From positions 1-63,978 of the forward strand of contig CAMTXH010000016.1 in NCBI GenBank assembly GCA_947085655.1: 63,978 bases of DNA, given 5' to 3'. This stretch comes from an uncultured Omnitrophica bacterium (lineage in GTDB: Bacteria > Omnitrophota > Gorgyraeia > JACQQV01). The position numbers were made by a program, and so were the translations under genes. This document shows, in pieces, positions 8,788 to 15,664 of the stretch. How positions within the stretch are numbered: the stretch's first letter is position 1; every line of letters starts with the position of its first letter. Under the pieces are notes generated by a model. It saw only the letters and a list, made by a program, of their open reading frames with translations. It had not been told where the DNA came from and searched no databases.

Positions 8788-9577
8788 AGAAAATACTGAT
8801 CCGGTCTCCCGGACGGAGTGAAAATTGTTCAGAAGCGTTTCCGTCCCGTACCGCCAGTTCCAAAAGGCCGGCACTTCCGAAAAGGGCCAGAAGCTCCCCT
8901 CTTTTTCCCTCCCCGTACGTTTTAGAAAGGACAGGGACCGTTTCCTTTCCAACGCGGATTCGGAATCCCTTTTTCATCTGTCCTTTTCCAAGGCGGTGAA
9001 GATCTGTTTGCCGAATATTGGTAATTGCGTTTCCGAAATGATCTTTGACAAGAATTCTTCCCTCGAGGGAACCCTTCTTCCTGAGGACCTTCCACTCCGG
9101 AAGGTGAACAGGGGCCGTCGCTTTCTTCCCGAATTTTTGAAGAGGCTCTTTCTTTAACAGTCTTACAGCACAGGGTGCGAACCACTCTCTGCCATCAAAG
9201 GTTCTGGCAGGACCCATCCGTCTTCTCTCCGGGGAGACCGAGACCAGATGCATCCGGGGATGATCGCGTACGATGGGGCTCAAAAGACCGTTGTCGGGTG
9301 CCAGAAAAGTATGACCTGGAAGAGTACCGATCAGAAAGGCCCTTTTTGTCCCCACGCCGGGATCCACAATGGCCATATGCAGCGTCCCCCTGGGGAAGTA
9401 CCGGAAACTCCGCCAGAGGACAAGACTCGCATGGACAACGTCCTGAGGAGGAACCTCGTGACTGATATCCACCAGCTGAACCTCCGGGAAACCGCTCAGG
9501 ATGACCGCTTTCATTTCAGCCACATAAGGGTCCTTTGTTCCAAAATCGGTGGTGAAGGTCACAATCCGCCTTTTCAC
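8756..9577 (-). CDS. SAM hydrolase / SAM-dependent halogenase family protein (DUF62, SAM hydroxide adenosyltransferase-like)
   Basis: Family motifs TTDFGTKDPYVAEMKAVIL, IVDPGVGT and FAPDNGLL are present, followed by a C-terminal beta-barrel region. Confidence 0.75.
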   Translation of the reverse strand: MKRRIVTFTTDFGTKDPYVAEMKAVILSGFPEVQLVDISHEVPPQDVVHASLVLWRSFRYFPRGTLHMAIVDPGVGTKRAFLIGTLPGHTFLAPDNGLLSPIVRDHPRMHLVSVSPERRRMGPARTFDGREWFAPCAVRLLKKEPLQKFGKKATAPVHLPEWKVLRKKGSLEGRILVKDHFGNAITNIRQTDLHRLGKGQMKKGFRIRVGKETVPVLSKTYGEGKRGELLALFGSAGLLELAVRDGNASEQFSLRPGDRISIFYGKDETKPTR

Positions 9578-9954
9578 GCCAGGCCTTTCTTTTTCCGCTG
9601 GTCTTTCACATATTGAACCAATTTCCTCCGGTCTTCGGGACGGATCCGGTCAAAAAAAATGGCGATGTAATGTTTCTCTTTTCCTCCATTTTCCTGACGG
9701 ATTTTTTCGGTCCGGACGACCACGCCGGAACAGCGAATTTCGTGGGTTGTTGCCCCGGAAGTCCCCGGAACGGGGACCCAAAGGGTGAGGTCAAACCGCG
9801 TCATCTCCGGCACTGGCTTGGATACCCGGCAATAAGCCCCCGAAGCGCTGATATTCTTTGTTTCGGTTGTCTGAGAAAAAGGGGCTCTTTCCAGAGTGAT
9901 GGAAAGAACTTCTTCAATCCGGGGGTATCGTCGCCGCTCAGCGTTCTTTTTCAT
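9574..9954 (-). CDS. PilZ-domain protein (c-di-GMP receptor type)
   Basis: It carries RRRYPR (RxxxR) and NISASGAY ((D/N)xSxxG). I placed the start at the ATG at 9954, which forms an ATGA overlap with the upstream stop at 9951. Confidence 0.75.
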   Translation of the reverse strand: MKKNAERRRYPRIEEVLSITLERAPFSQTTETKNISASGAYCRVSKPVPEMTRFDLTLWVPVPGTSGATTHEIRCSGVVVRTEKIRQENGGKEKHYIAIFFDRIRPEDRRKLVQYVKDQRKKKGLA

Positions 9955-10253
9955 GCCGTAGGCGCTTCCGCCGCCTTTTGGGCCTTTTCGCCCCTTTCTT
10001 TTTCCATAGCGATTTTCCAACACCCCTTGCCGCAGAAATATTTTCCGTTTCGATAGTACCAGGCTTTCCGCCGAATCGGTTTATTGCATTGGCTGCAGTT
10101 TTTCGGCTTTTCAATTTTTTGCCTTCCCGGTTTTTCCCCGGCTTTTGCCTCCGTTTTCTCCGTTTCGGTCTCTCGCTTTTCCTCTTTTTTGGCCGCTTGC
10201 TCCGCTTCGGGTTTTTGCTCTTCAGACTTTTGCTGCTTTGTTTCTTCGTCCAC
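9951..10253 (-). CDS. Lys/Glu-rich protein with C-terminal CxxC...CxxxC zinc ribbon (TRASH/YHS-like)
   Basis: The motif is CSQCNKPIRRKAWYYRNGKYFCGKGC. A GTG at 10253 is preceded by AAGGAGGT with a 5-nt spacer, so it is preferred over the ATG at 10277, which has no SD. Confidence 0.55.
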   Translation of the reverse strand: MDEETKQQKSEEQKPEAEQAAKKEEKRETETEKTEAKAGEKPGRQKIEKPKNCSQCNKPIRRKAWYYRNGKYFCGKGCWKIAMEKERGEKAQKAAEAPTA

Positions 10254-11268
10254 GAAATACCTCCTTTTCCTTTTCATCCAAAAATTGGGTTAAGCGCTTC
10301 CGGCTTCCTTCCCCCATAGAGACAAAAGAAATCCCGTAACGCTTTGTGGCCCTTCCCGCTTGCGCCTGATGCCAAACCACTTCCCCCAAGATGTGAAGTG
10401 ATTCCGGAGAGGAAGAAAGATGCAGACTCATTTGGAAGAAGGCCGGAAGTTCCTCCGTTTCCGCAACCTCAAGCGCCAGCCCTCCTTTTGAAAGATCCAC
10501 GAGCCGCGCTTTCGCGCCAGGGGTTCTTAAATAAGCGCTCCCAAGTTGAAGGGCGGGCCGGTTCTCAACCGGGAGCGGTTCGCAGAGTAGCCGCGGGTGG
10601 CGACGGCGCTCTGTCGGCACCCCCTCCTGCGGCTGAAAATCCATCTCATCCAGGAAACTGGTCAACAGTTCCAATGTCTTTTGCCCGTCCATTAATTCGA
10701 TGGAGGCCGATGCAGCCGCCTCACGGGCAGGATCGGAAAAAAATCCTGTGGCAAAAAGATACCCTTTCGCGGCCTGTTGCTCGCGCATTCTCCGAACAAT
10801 GGATTCTATTTCACGGGACCCGAAGAAGGTCTTTTGGTTTTCGCACGCAACCAGATAGGTTCCCTCCGGACGGTGGGAAACCCAGCTGGTTGGCAAATCC
10901 GGCTCACCGGACAGTTGCTCAAATTTCACCTCGGGCCACATTTTGCCGAATATTTGAAGGCAAAGTTTTGCAAAGTCATCTTTTTTCATCGAGACAAAGG
11001 CCTCAAGACGGGGATTCTTCTGTGGCTTTTTTTCTTTATTTTCCTGACGGGGGGTGGACGGAGGTTTCCCAGACTCTCTGCGCCACAATAACCCCATTCC
11101 CATGGAAAGGAAGATCCATGAAAAAAGTGTTGCAAGGAGGGCGATGATTTTCAGTTGAATGGCATAAGAACTGGAGGCAATGGTGGCAACGAAGAGGAGC
11201 GAAAGGGGCGCAAGCGACACCCACGCCAGCGCCACCACGGCTCCCGTGGTCAGAAAATTTTTTCTCAT
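10222..11268 (-). CDS. membrane protein with restriction-endonuclease-like (Mrr_cat-like, degenerate) domain and C-terminal PilZ domain
   Basis: Two N-terminal TM helices are followed by FAKLCLQIFGKMW...TYLVACENQ...AKGYLFATGFFSDPAREAA...IELMDGQKTLELL, which matches the Mrr_cat layout but reads ACE where QCK is expected. The PilZ motifs are RRRHPR and DLSKGGLAL. Confidence 0.6.
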   Translation of the reverse strand: MRKNFLTTGAVVALAWVSLAPLSLLFVATIASSSYAIQLKIIALLATLFSWIFLSMGMGLLWRRESGKPPSTPRQENKEKKPQKNPRLEAFVSMKKDDFAKLCLQIFGKMWPEVKFEQLSGEPDLPTSWVSHRPEGTYLVACENQKTFFGSREIESIVRRMREQQAAKGYLFATGFFSDPAREAAASASIELMDGQKTLELLTSFLDEMDFQPQEGVPTERRRHPRLLCEPLPVENRPALQLGSAYLRTPGAKARLVDLSKGGLALEVAETEELPAFFQMSLHLSSSPESLHILGEVVWHQAQAGRATKRYGISFVSMGEGSRKRLTQFLDEKEKEVFRGRRNKAAKV

Positions 11269-11666
11269 GGGGAGGGGGCCTTCCAGCTCTCGAGGTAAGA
11301 GACGATTTCCTCAAGGGGAGTTCCCGGTCCGAAAAGTTTGCCGACGCCGAGGCGGTTCAGTTTTTTCTGGTCCTCGTCTGGGATGATCCCTCCTCCTGTC
11401 ACGAGAATGTCTGTCCTTCCCCTTTTTTTCAACCCTTCCATAATTTTCCCAAAGACAGACAGATGGGAACCGGTTAGAACACTGATGGCAATGACGTCTG
11501 CCTTCTCCCGAACCGCGGTTTCAACGATGGTTTCCGGCGACTGTTGGAGGCCGAGGTAGACCACGTCCATCCCTGCTTCCTTCAGTGCGGAGGCGACAAT
11601 CTGGATTCCCCGGTCATGGCCGTCCAGCCCCGGTTTGGCAAGGATAATTTTCTTCCTTTTTTTCAT
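11265..11666 (-). CDS. methylmalonyl-CoA mutase, B12-binding small subunit/domain
   Basis: Cobalamin-binding signature AKPGLDGHDRGIQIV (DxHxxG) in a 133-aa protein. Confidence 0.9.
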   Translation of the reverse strand: MKKRKKIILAKPGLDGHDRGIQIVASALKEAGMDVVYLGLQQSPETIVETAVREKADVIAISVLTGSHLSVFGKIMEGLKKRGRTDILVTGGGIIPDEDQKKLNRLGVGKLFGPGTPLEEIVSYLESWKAPSP

Positions 11667-13201
11667 CAGAGAAATACCCGCTGCCGGTAAGTCCCGTAAA
11701 CCGATTTCAGCGCATCCACCATTTCTCCAAGCGTCGCATACGCTTCCGCCGCTTCAATCAGAGCTTCCATCACATTTTCGCCCTTTTCGGCAGCCGACCG
11801 GATCCGATCAAGCACAAGCGTGACCCGCCTCCCGTTTCTTGTTTTCCGGATTTGCCGGAGGTTCCGGATCTGCCGCCGTTCAGTCTCAGAACCGATTTTC
11901 AACGTCGGAATCGGAACTTCCTCTTCCAGAAGGTATGCGTTGACGCCGACAATGATGCTCTTTTTTTGCTCAATTTCTCTCTGATACCGCCTGGCTGATT
12001 TTGCGATTTCTTTCTGAAAGAACCCTTTTTCAATGCCGGCCACTACACCGCCGATTTTCCGAATCTGCCTGAAGAAGCGTTCCGCCTGCTCCTCCAACTC
12101 ATCCGTCAAGGCCTCAACGACAAAGGACCCTCCGAAGGGATCTGCCGCCTGGGTGACGCCGATCTCATGACGAAGAATCTGCTGGGTCCGGAGGGCAATT
12201 CGAACCGCCTTTTCTGTCGGAAGGGCCAGTTGCTCATCCATTGAATTGGTGTGGAGACTCTGCGTTCCTCCGAAGACCGCCGAAAGGGCTTCATAAGCGG
12301 TTCTGATGATATTGTTTTCCGGCTGTTGTCGCGTGAGGGTACACCCGGCTGTCTGGGTGTGAAATCGAAGAAGCCAGGACTTTTTATTGCGCGCCCCGTA
12401 TTGGTTTTTCATTTTTTTCGCCCAGATTCGGCGGGCGGCCCTGAATTTTGCCACTTCTTCGAGGAAATTCAAATGGGCATTGAAGAAGAAAGATAGCCGC
12501 GGGGCGAAGGCATCGATTGCAAGGCCCCGCTTCAGGCACTCTTCCACATACGTCATCCCGTCCGCCAACGTGAAGGCCAGTTCCTGGGCAGCGGTGGAAC
12601 CGGCCTCTCGGATGTGGTAGCCGCTGATGCTGACCGTGTTCCACTGAGGGACGCGACGGGTGCAGTATTCGATCACATCCACAACCAGTTTGAGGGAGGG
12701 CTTCGGAGGGAAAATCCACTCCCTTTGGGCGATGTACTCCTTTAAAATGTCATTTTGAAGGGTTCCGCGGAGCCGCCGGAACGAAACCCCCTGTTTTTTG
12801 GCGTACGCAAGGTAGAGGGCAAAGAGGATAATCGCCGGCCCGTTGATGGTCATGGAAGTGGAAATCCGGTCCAGAGGGATCCCTCGAAAAAGACGTTCCA
12901 CGTCTTTCAAAGAATCGATGGCGACACCGCAGCGGCCCACTTCCCCTTCCGCGTTCGGGGCATCGGAGTCGAGACCCATCAGGGTTGGCATGTCGAAGGC
13001 AACCGAAAGGCCGAGGTTTCCCTCCTTGAGAAGGAGTTTGAACCGTTCGTTCGTCTCGTCGGCGGTGCCGAACCCGGCAAACTGGCGGATCGTCCAGGGT
13101 CTCTTGAGATACATCCGGGGATGAATTCCCCGGGTGAAGGGATAAGAGCCCGGCGCTTCGATTTTTCTCCCGTCAGTGGAACCACCCCGTTTATTTTTCA
13201 T
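11666..13201 (-). CDS. methylmalonyl-CoA mutase, large catalytic (N-terminal) subunit
   Basis: Motifs YPFTRGIHPRMY, TIRQFAGFGT and FHTQTAG. I moved the start to the ATG at 13201, which forms an ATGA overlap with the upstream stop at 13198. Confidence 0.9.
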   Translation of the reverse strand: MKNKRGGSTDGRKIEAPGSYPFTRGIHPRMYLKRPWTIRQFAGFGTADETNERFKLLLKEGNLGLSVAFDMPTLMGLDSDAPNAEGEVGRCGVAIDSLKDVERLFRGIPLDRISTSMTINGPAIILFALYLAYAKKQGVSFRRLRGTLQNDILKEYIAQREWIFPPKPSLKLVVDVIEYCTRRVPQWNTVSISGYHIREAGSTAAQELAFTLADGMTYVEECLKRGLAIDAFAPRLSFFFNAHLNFLEEVAKFRAARRIWAKKMKNQYGARNKKSWLLRFHTQTAGCTLTRQQPENNIIRTAYEALSAVFGGTQSLHTNSMDEQLALPTEKAVRIALRTQQILRHEIGVTQAADPFGGSFVVEALTDELEEQAERFFRQIRKIGGVVAGIEKGFFQKEIAKSARRYQREIEQKKSIIVGVNAYLLEEEVPIPTLKIGSETERRQIRNLRQIRKTRNGRRVTLVLDRIRSAAEKGENVMEALIEAAEAYATLGEMVDALKSVYGTYRQRVFL

Positions 13202-13719
13202 CCTTTTGGCGACGGACGGCCGGTGCAAGCCAGAAGCGCCAATCCTAACCCTCCTGCGAGTGTGTTCACCCAGATATCCCGGGGATCGCACACCCGGTTC
13301 GGGAGAATCCCCTGAAGCCATTCATCCAAAAAGCCGATTCCGAGACTGCCGGTGAAACTGGCGCCGTAACAGACGGTTGTGGAGAGACTGTGCCGGAATC
13401 CCCTGAAAAGAACAATGCTCAGCAACCCGTATTCGACAAAGTGGATCTGTTCGATGGCAAAGTCCAGACGGTTCATGGCAAAGAAAAAGGCCCCTCCCAC
13501 GATAAAAAAAACGTACCGTTTGAGGGACCGCTCCGGCAGATACCGGATAAAAAGAATCAAAAAGAGTCCTGCCACCCCTTGTGGAAGGAGTGAATGCCAG
13601 GGAAAGTGTCTTTCCAAAAAAGCCCACGCCAGGGGCACGAAGCCGGCGCTCACCAATAGGAGGAAAACATACCCGATGACGGCAAACCAGTCTATAACCC
13701 TTTGGCGCTCACCCTTCAT
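13198..13719 (-). CDS. VanZ-like membrane protein
   Basis: 173 aa with 4-5 TM helices, an FVEYG motif after the second helix, and a VanZ-like size and topology. Confidence 0.45.
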   Translation of the reverse strand: MKGERQRVIDWFAVIGYVFLLLVSAGFVPLAWAFLERHFPWHSLLPQGVAGLFLILFIRYLPERSLKRYVFFIVGGAFFFAMNRLDFAIEQIHFVEYGLLSIVLFRGFRHSLSTTVCYGASFTGSLGIGFLDEWLQGILPNRVCDPRDIWVNTLAGGLGLALLACTGRPSPKG

Positions 13720-13761
13720 ACGTATAACAATAGCACAGAATCGGAGTTACGTCAATGAAGG

Positions 13762-14517
13762 TTACAGGAGGGGCATCCGGAAAGAGGGATCCAACCGCTT
13801 CAATTCCTCCCCGGTTTGAATCAGTTTTTCTTTCAAGACGGAATCATACGTTTTTCGGTAGGCGGAATAAAGATCCAGGAAAAGATCCTGCTTTTCCCGG
13901 ATCTGGAAGAGAACCTTGTTCTTCTCAAGGTTGTGTAAAAACTCTCTGAAGGCATCTTCCTTCGTTTTCAGAAAGTTGAGGTAGACGTCCCCCACATTCA
14001 TCAGGAGCTGCTCGTACCGGGAAAAGGAATTCGAAAGCTTCTGGAGAATAATTCCAACTGCGGTAATCTTCCGGTGAACCAGGCGATCGTATTCAGAGGC
14101 GAACTGGTAATACGTCTTAGCGTATCCTTCGTACGAGGAGGAGGATTTTTCAAAAAAGGCCGACTCTCCTACCCTCTCCTCCGAATCCAAATTTTGGAAG
14201 ATGCTCAAAAGCAAGAGAAGATGATCTGCGTTGGTCTTATAGACGAGGTATTTGAAGTAGTTGTCTTGAGAGTCCTCGATCAATTTGAAGATGTCTGTAT
14301 TTCTCGGTGAGGTGAGTTGCCGGATCCGTTCGTGATAGGAAGGGTAACTGGCTTCCAACAGAAGAAAGGCGAGGTAAATATTGACATCTTCTTCCGGCTG
14401 CTCGGGGTTGTTTTCCAGACCCAGTTGAATGCGCGATTTGAGGAGACTCTCCACCAAAAACCCGAGAGCGGATTCTTTTTTTTCATCCTTCAAATTGAAG
14501 TAGAAAGGATGCGGCAT
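13762..14517 (-). CDS. hypothetical all-alpha protein (no recognised domain)
   Basis: The ORF runs to 14559 (TTG). The ATG at 14517 has GAAGGGGGG about 9 nt upstream and is preferred. I recognise no motif; the composition looks helical and K/E/L/Y-rich. Confidence 0.55.
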   Translation of the reverse strand: MPHPFYFNLKDEKKESALGFLVESLLKSRIQLGLENNPEQPEEDVNIYLAFLLLEASYPSYHERIRQLTSPRNTDIFKLIEDSQDNYFKYLVYKTNADHLLLLLSIFQNLDSEERVGESAFFEKSSSSYEGYAKTYYQFASEYDRLVHRKITAVGIILQKLSNSFSRYEQLLMNVGDVYLNFLKTKEDAFREFLHNLEKNKVLFQIREKQDLFLDLYSAYRKTYDSVLKEKLIQTGEELKRLDPSFRMPLL

Positions 14518-14591
14518 GGACCGTTTCCCCCCTTCAAAAAAAATCGGGATAACCGACAAGCGGCATCCCGTTCTCTACCCAAATCAAATAT

Positions 14592-14620
14592 AGTATACCT
14601 CAAAAGAGGTATTTTGTCAA
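14592..14620 (-). promoter_or_regulatory. sigma70-type promoter TTGACA-17-TATACT for the 13762-14517 gene
   Basis: On the minus strand, TTGACA sits at 14620-14615 and TATACT at 14597-14592 with an exact 17-nt spacer. The spacer contains the hairpin ATACCTC-TTTT-GAGGTAT (14595-14612), which could also terminate the upstream micro-ORF transcript. Confidence 0.5.
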
Positions 14621-14699
14621 TGGGCCTAGTCGCGCTGCAGAAGTCGGTCTAGTTCACCATTGACCCTGAGCGGAGTCGAAGGGCCAATGGGCCGAAGGA

Positions 14700-14807
14700 T
14701 CAAACGCCGAGAATCGTCTTTAACAGAATGGTCAGCGTGAAGCCGATAACCACCCCGATCAAAAGATCCCGTGTCCTGCCAAAGTCGAAAAGCGGAAAAC
14801 GATTCAT
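14700..14807 (-). CDS. 35-codon hydrophobic micro-ORF (single predicted TM helix)
   Basis: My own translation is MNRFPLFDFGRTRDLLIGVVIGFTLTILLKTILGV, ending in TGA. It lies 16 nt downstream of a perfect consensus promoter and has no obvious SD, so the mRNA would be near-leaderless. It is below the 60-aa cutoff of the ORF track. Confidence 0.35.
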   Translation of the reverse strand: MNRFPLFDFGRTRDLLIGVVIGFTLTILLKTILGV

Positions 14808-14851
14808 TTGGGCACCCGTTCCATTATAGGGGGTGCCCAAACGGTTGTCAA
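14807..14851 (-). promoter_or_regulatory. perfect-consensus sigma70 promoter (TTGACA-17-TATAAT) embedded in an 11-bp perfect inverted repeat
   Basis: On the minus strand, TTGACA sits at 14851-14846 and TATAAT at 14828-14823 with a 17-nt spacer. The inverted-repeat arms TTTGGGCACCC (14807-14817) and GGGTGCCCAAA (14831-14841) bracket the -10 element and touch the ATG, giving operator-like geometry. Confidence 0.55.
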
Positions 14852-14888
14852 CAAAAAAACCCAGGCCGCCCACAGGAGCGGCCTGGGT
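14852..14888 (-). terminator. Rho-independent terminator (minus strand)
   Basis: An 11-bp perfect GC-rich stem (ACCCAGGCCGC at 14859-14869 and GCGGCCTGGGT at 14878-14888) encloses an 8-nt loop. On the minus strand it is followed by a run of 7 U (A-run at 14853-14859 on plus). Confidence 0.75.
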
Positions 14889-14949
14889 TCTACGCTACTG
14901 ACGATCCTTTGTTACGCAAATCTGGCGAGGACGACTAGGACCGTTAGGA

Positions 14950-15060
14950 TCACCAAAATCGGCATATGGGCAGACAGGTATCCCGTATAGGTAACACCGA
15001 TCAGCGCGCCGACCAAGATCCCAGGAAGAAAATCGACGATCCGGTCAAGTAACTGTTTCA
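14950..15060 (-). CDS. 36-codon micro-ORF with strong RBS (hydrophobic; possible frameshift to a 49-codon TM peptide ending at 14912)
   Basis: The ATG at 15060 is preceded by GAAGGGGGTGA, with an in-frame stop just upstream. As sequenced the product is MKQLLDRIVDFLPGILVGALSVLPIRDTCLPICRFW. A 1-nt shift near 14999 would instead give ...GVTYTGYLSAHMPILVILTVLVVLARFA. Confidence 0.35.
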
Positions 15061-15134
15061 TATGATTTCACCCCCTTCAAGTAGCTTCTCTGGTGGATCA
15101 GCCCACCTTTCAGGAGCTTGGCTTTTTGAGCCTA

Positions 15135-15143
15135 CTGTGGATA
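15135..15143 (-). promoter_or_regulatory. perfect DnaA-box 9-mer (TTATCCACA on minus strand)
   Basis: tgtggataa on the plus strand is the reverse complement of TTATCCACA. It overlaps the last base of the -10 hexamer and the predicted transcription start of the 15143-15171 promoter. Confidence 0.3.
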
Positions 15144-15171
15144 AGTATATCATAATTGGAAAAAAAAGTCA
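15143..15171 (-). promoter_or_regulatory. sigma70-type promoter TTGACT-17-TATACT with extended -10 (TGA) and AT-rich upstream tract
   Basis: On the minus strand, TTGACT sits at 15171-15166 and TATACT at 15148-15143, with a 17-nt spacer ending in TGA. An AT-rich, UP-element-like sequence lies upstream (15172-15250). Confidence 0.5.
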
Positions 15172-15315
15172 AATCAATTTCACATATCTACTTTATTTTA
15201 AAAGGGTTATAAAATTTTGGTTACCCCTATTTTTGGCTTTTTAACGAGGAAGGGCATGATTCGGGGTGTACAAATATGAACACCCCCTTTTGTGGGGAGA
15301 TTTTGGTCAATTTAC

Positions 15316-15660
15316 TCACCCGGGAGGCCAGTGGAAGGGTCTTCCCCCGAGAAGGTGGAGGTGGAGGTGGTAGACGGTCTGCCCCCCATCCCGGTTACAA
15401 TTGATGACAAGACGGTACCCTTTCTCCGCTACCCCCTCTTTGCGGGCAAGGCGGTTTCCGACCTGGATCAGCTTGGCGGCAACCGTTGTCTGATCGTCCT
15501 TTAGGTCCGAAACCCTTTCGATATGCCGTTTCGGAACGATCACCGCATGAAAAGGGGCCTGGGGGTTGATGTCTTTGAAGGCGACTGTTTCCTCGTCCTC
15601 GTAGAGGATTGTGCTGGGAAGCTCCTTCTTCACAACCCGGCAGAAAATGCACTGTTCCAT
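15316..15660 (-). CDS. HIT-family nucleotide hydrolase (HinT-like)
   Basis: Histidine triad HLHLHLLGG and the N-terminus CIFCRVV...ILYEDEETVAFKDINPQAPFH. Confidence 0.9.
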   Translation of the reverse strand: MEQCIFCRVVKKELPSTILYEDEETVAFKDINPQAPFHAVIVPKRHIERVSDLKDDQTTVAAKLIQVGNRLARKEGVAEKGYRLVINCNRDGGQTVYHLHLHLLGGRPFHWPPG

Positions 15661-15664
15661 GGCG

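Noticed and set aside
9688-11049. The shared 13-mer attttcctgacgg at about 9688 and about 11037.
   Set aside because: A 13-nt exact match is expected by chance many times in a 64-kb window, and there is no extended similarity around it.
15100-15260. Possible chromosomal replication origin, suggested by a perfect DnaA box next to an AT-rich, DUE-like tract.
   Set aside because: - I found only one perfect box, plus one 2-mismatch candidate (tgatccacc, around 15093-15101).
- There is no dnaA/dnaN nearby.
- Genes on both sides, including the ribosomal superoperon, run in the same direction instead of diverging from this point.
- The box is more economically read as a promoter-overlapping regulatory site.
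15262-15296. The GGGGTGT-N10-ACACCCC hairpin as a terminator for the HIT gene.
   Set aside because: On the minus strand it is not followed by a U-run. On the plus strand it is followed by CTTTTGT, but no plus-strand gene precedes it. It is left as an unassigned structure within the island finding.
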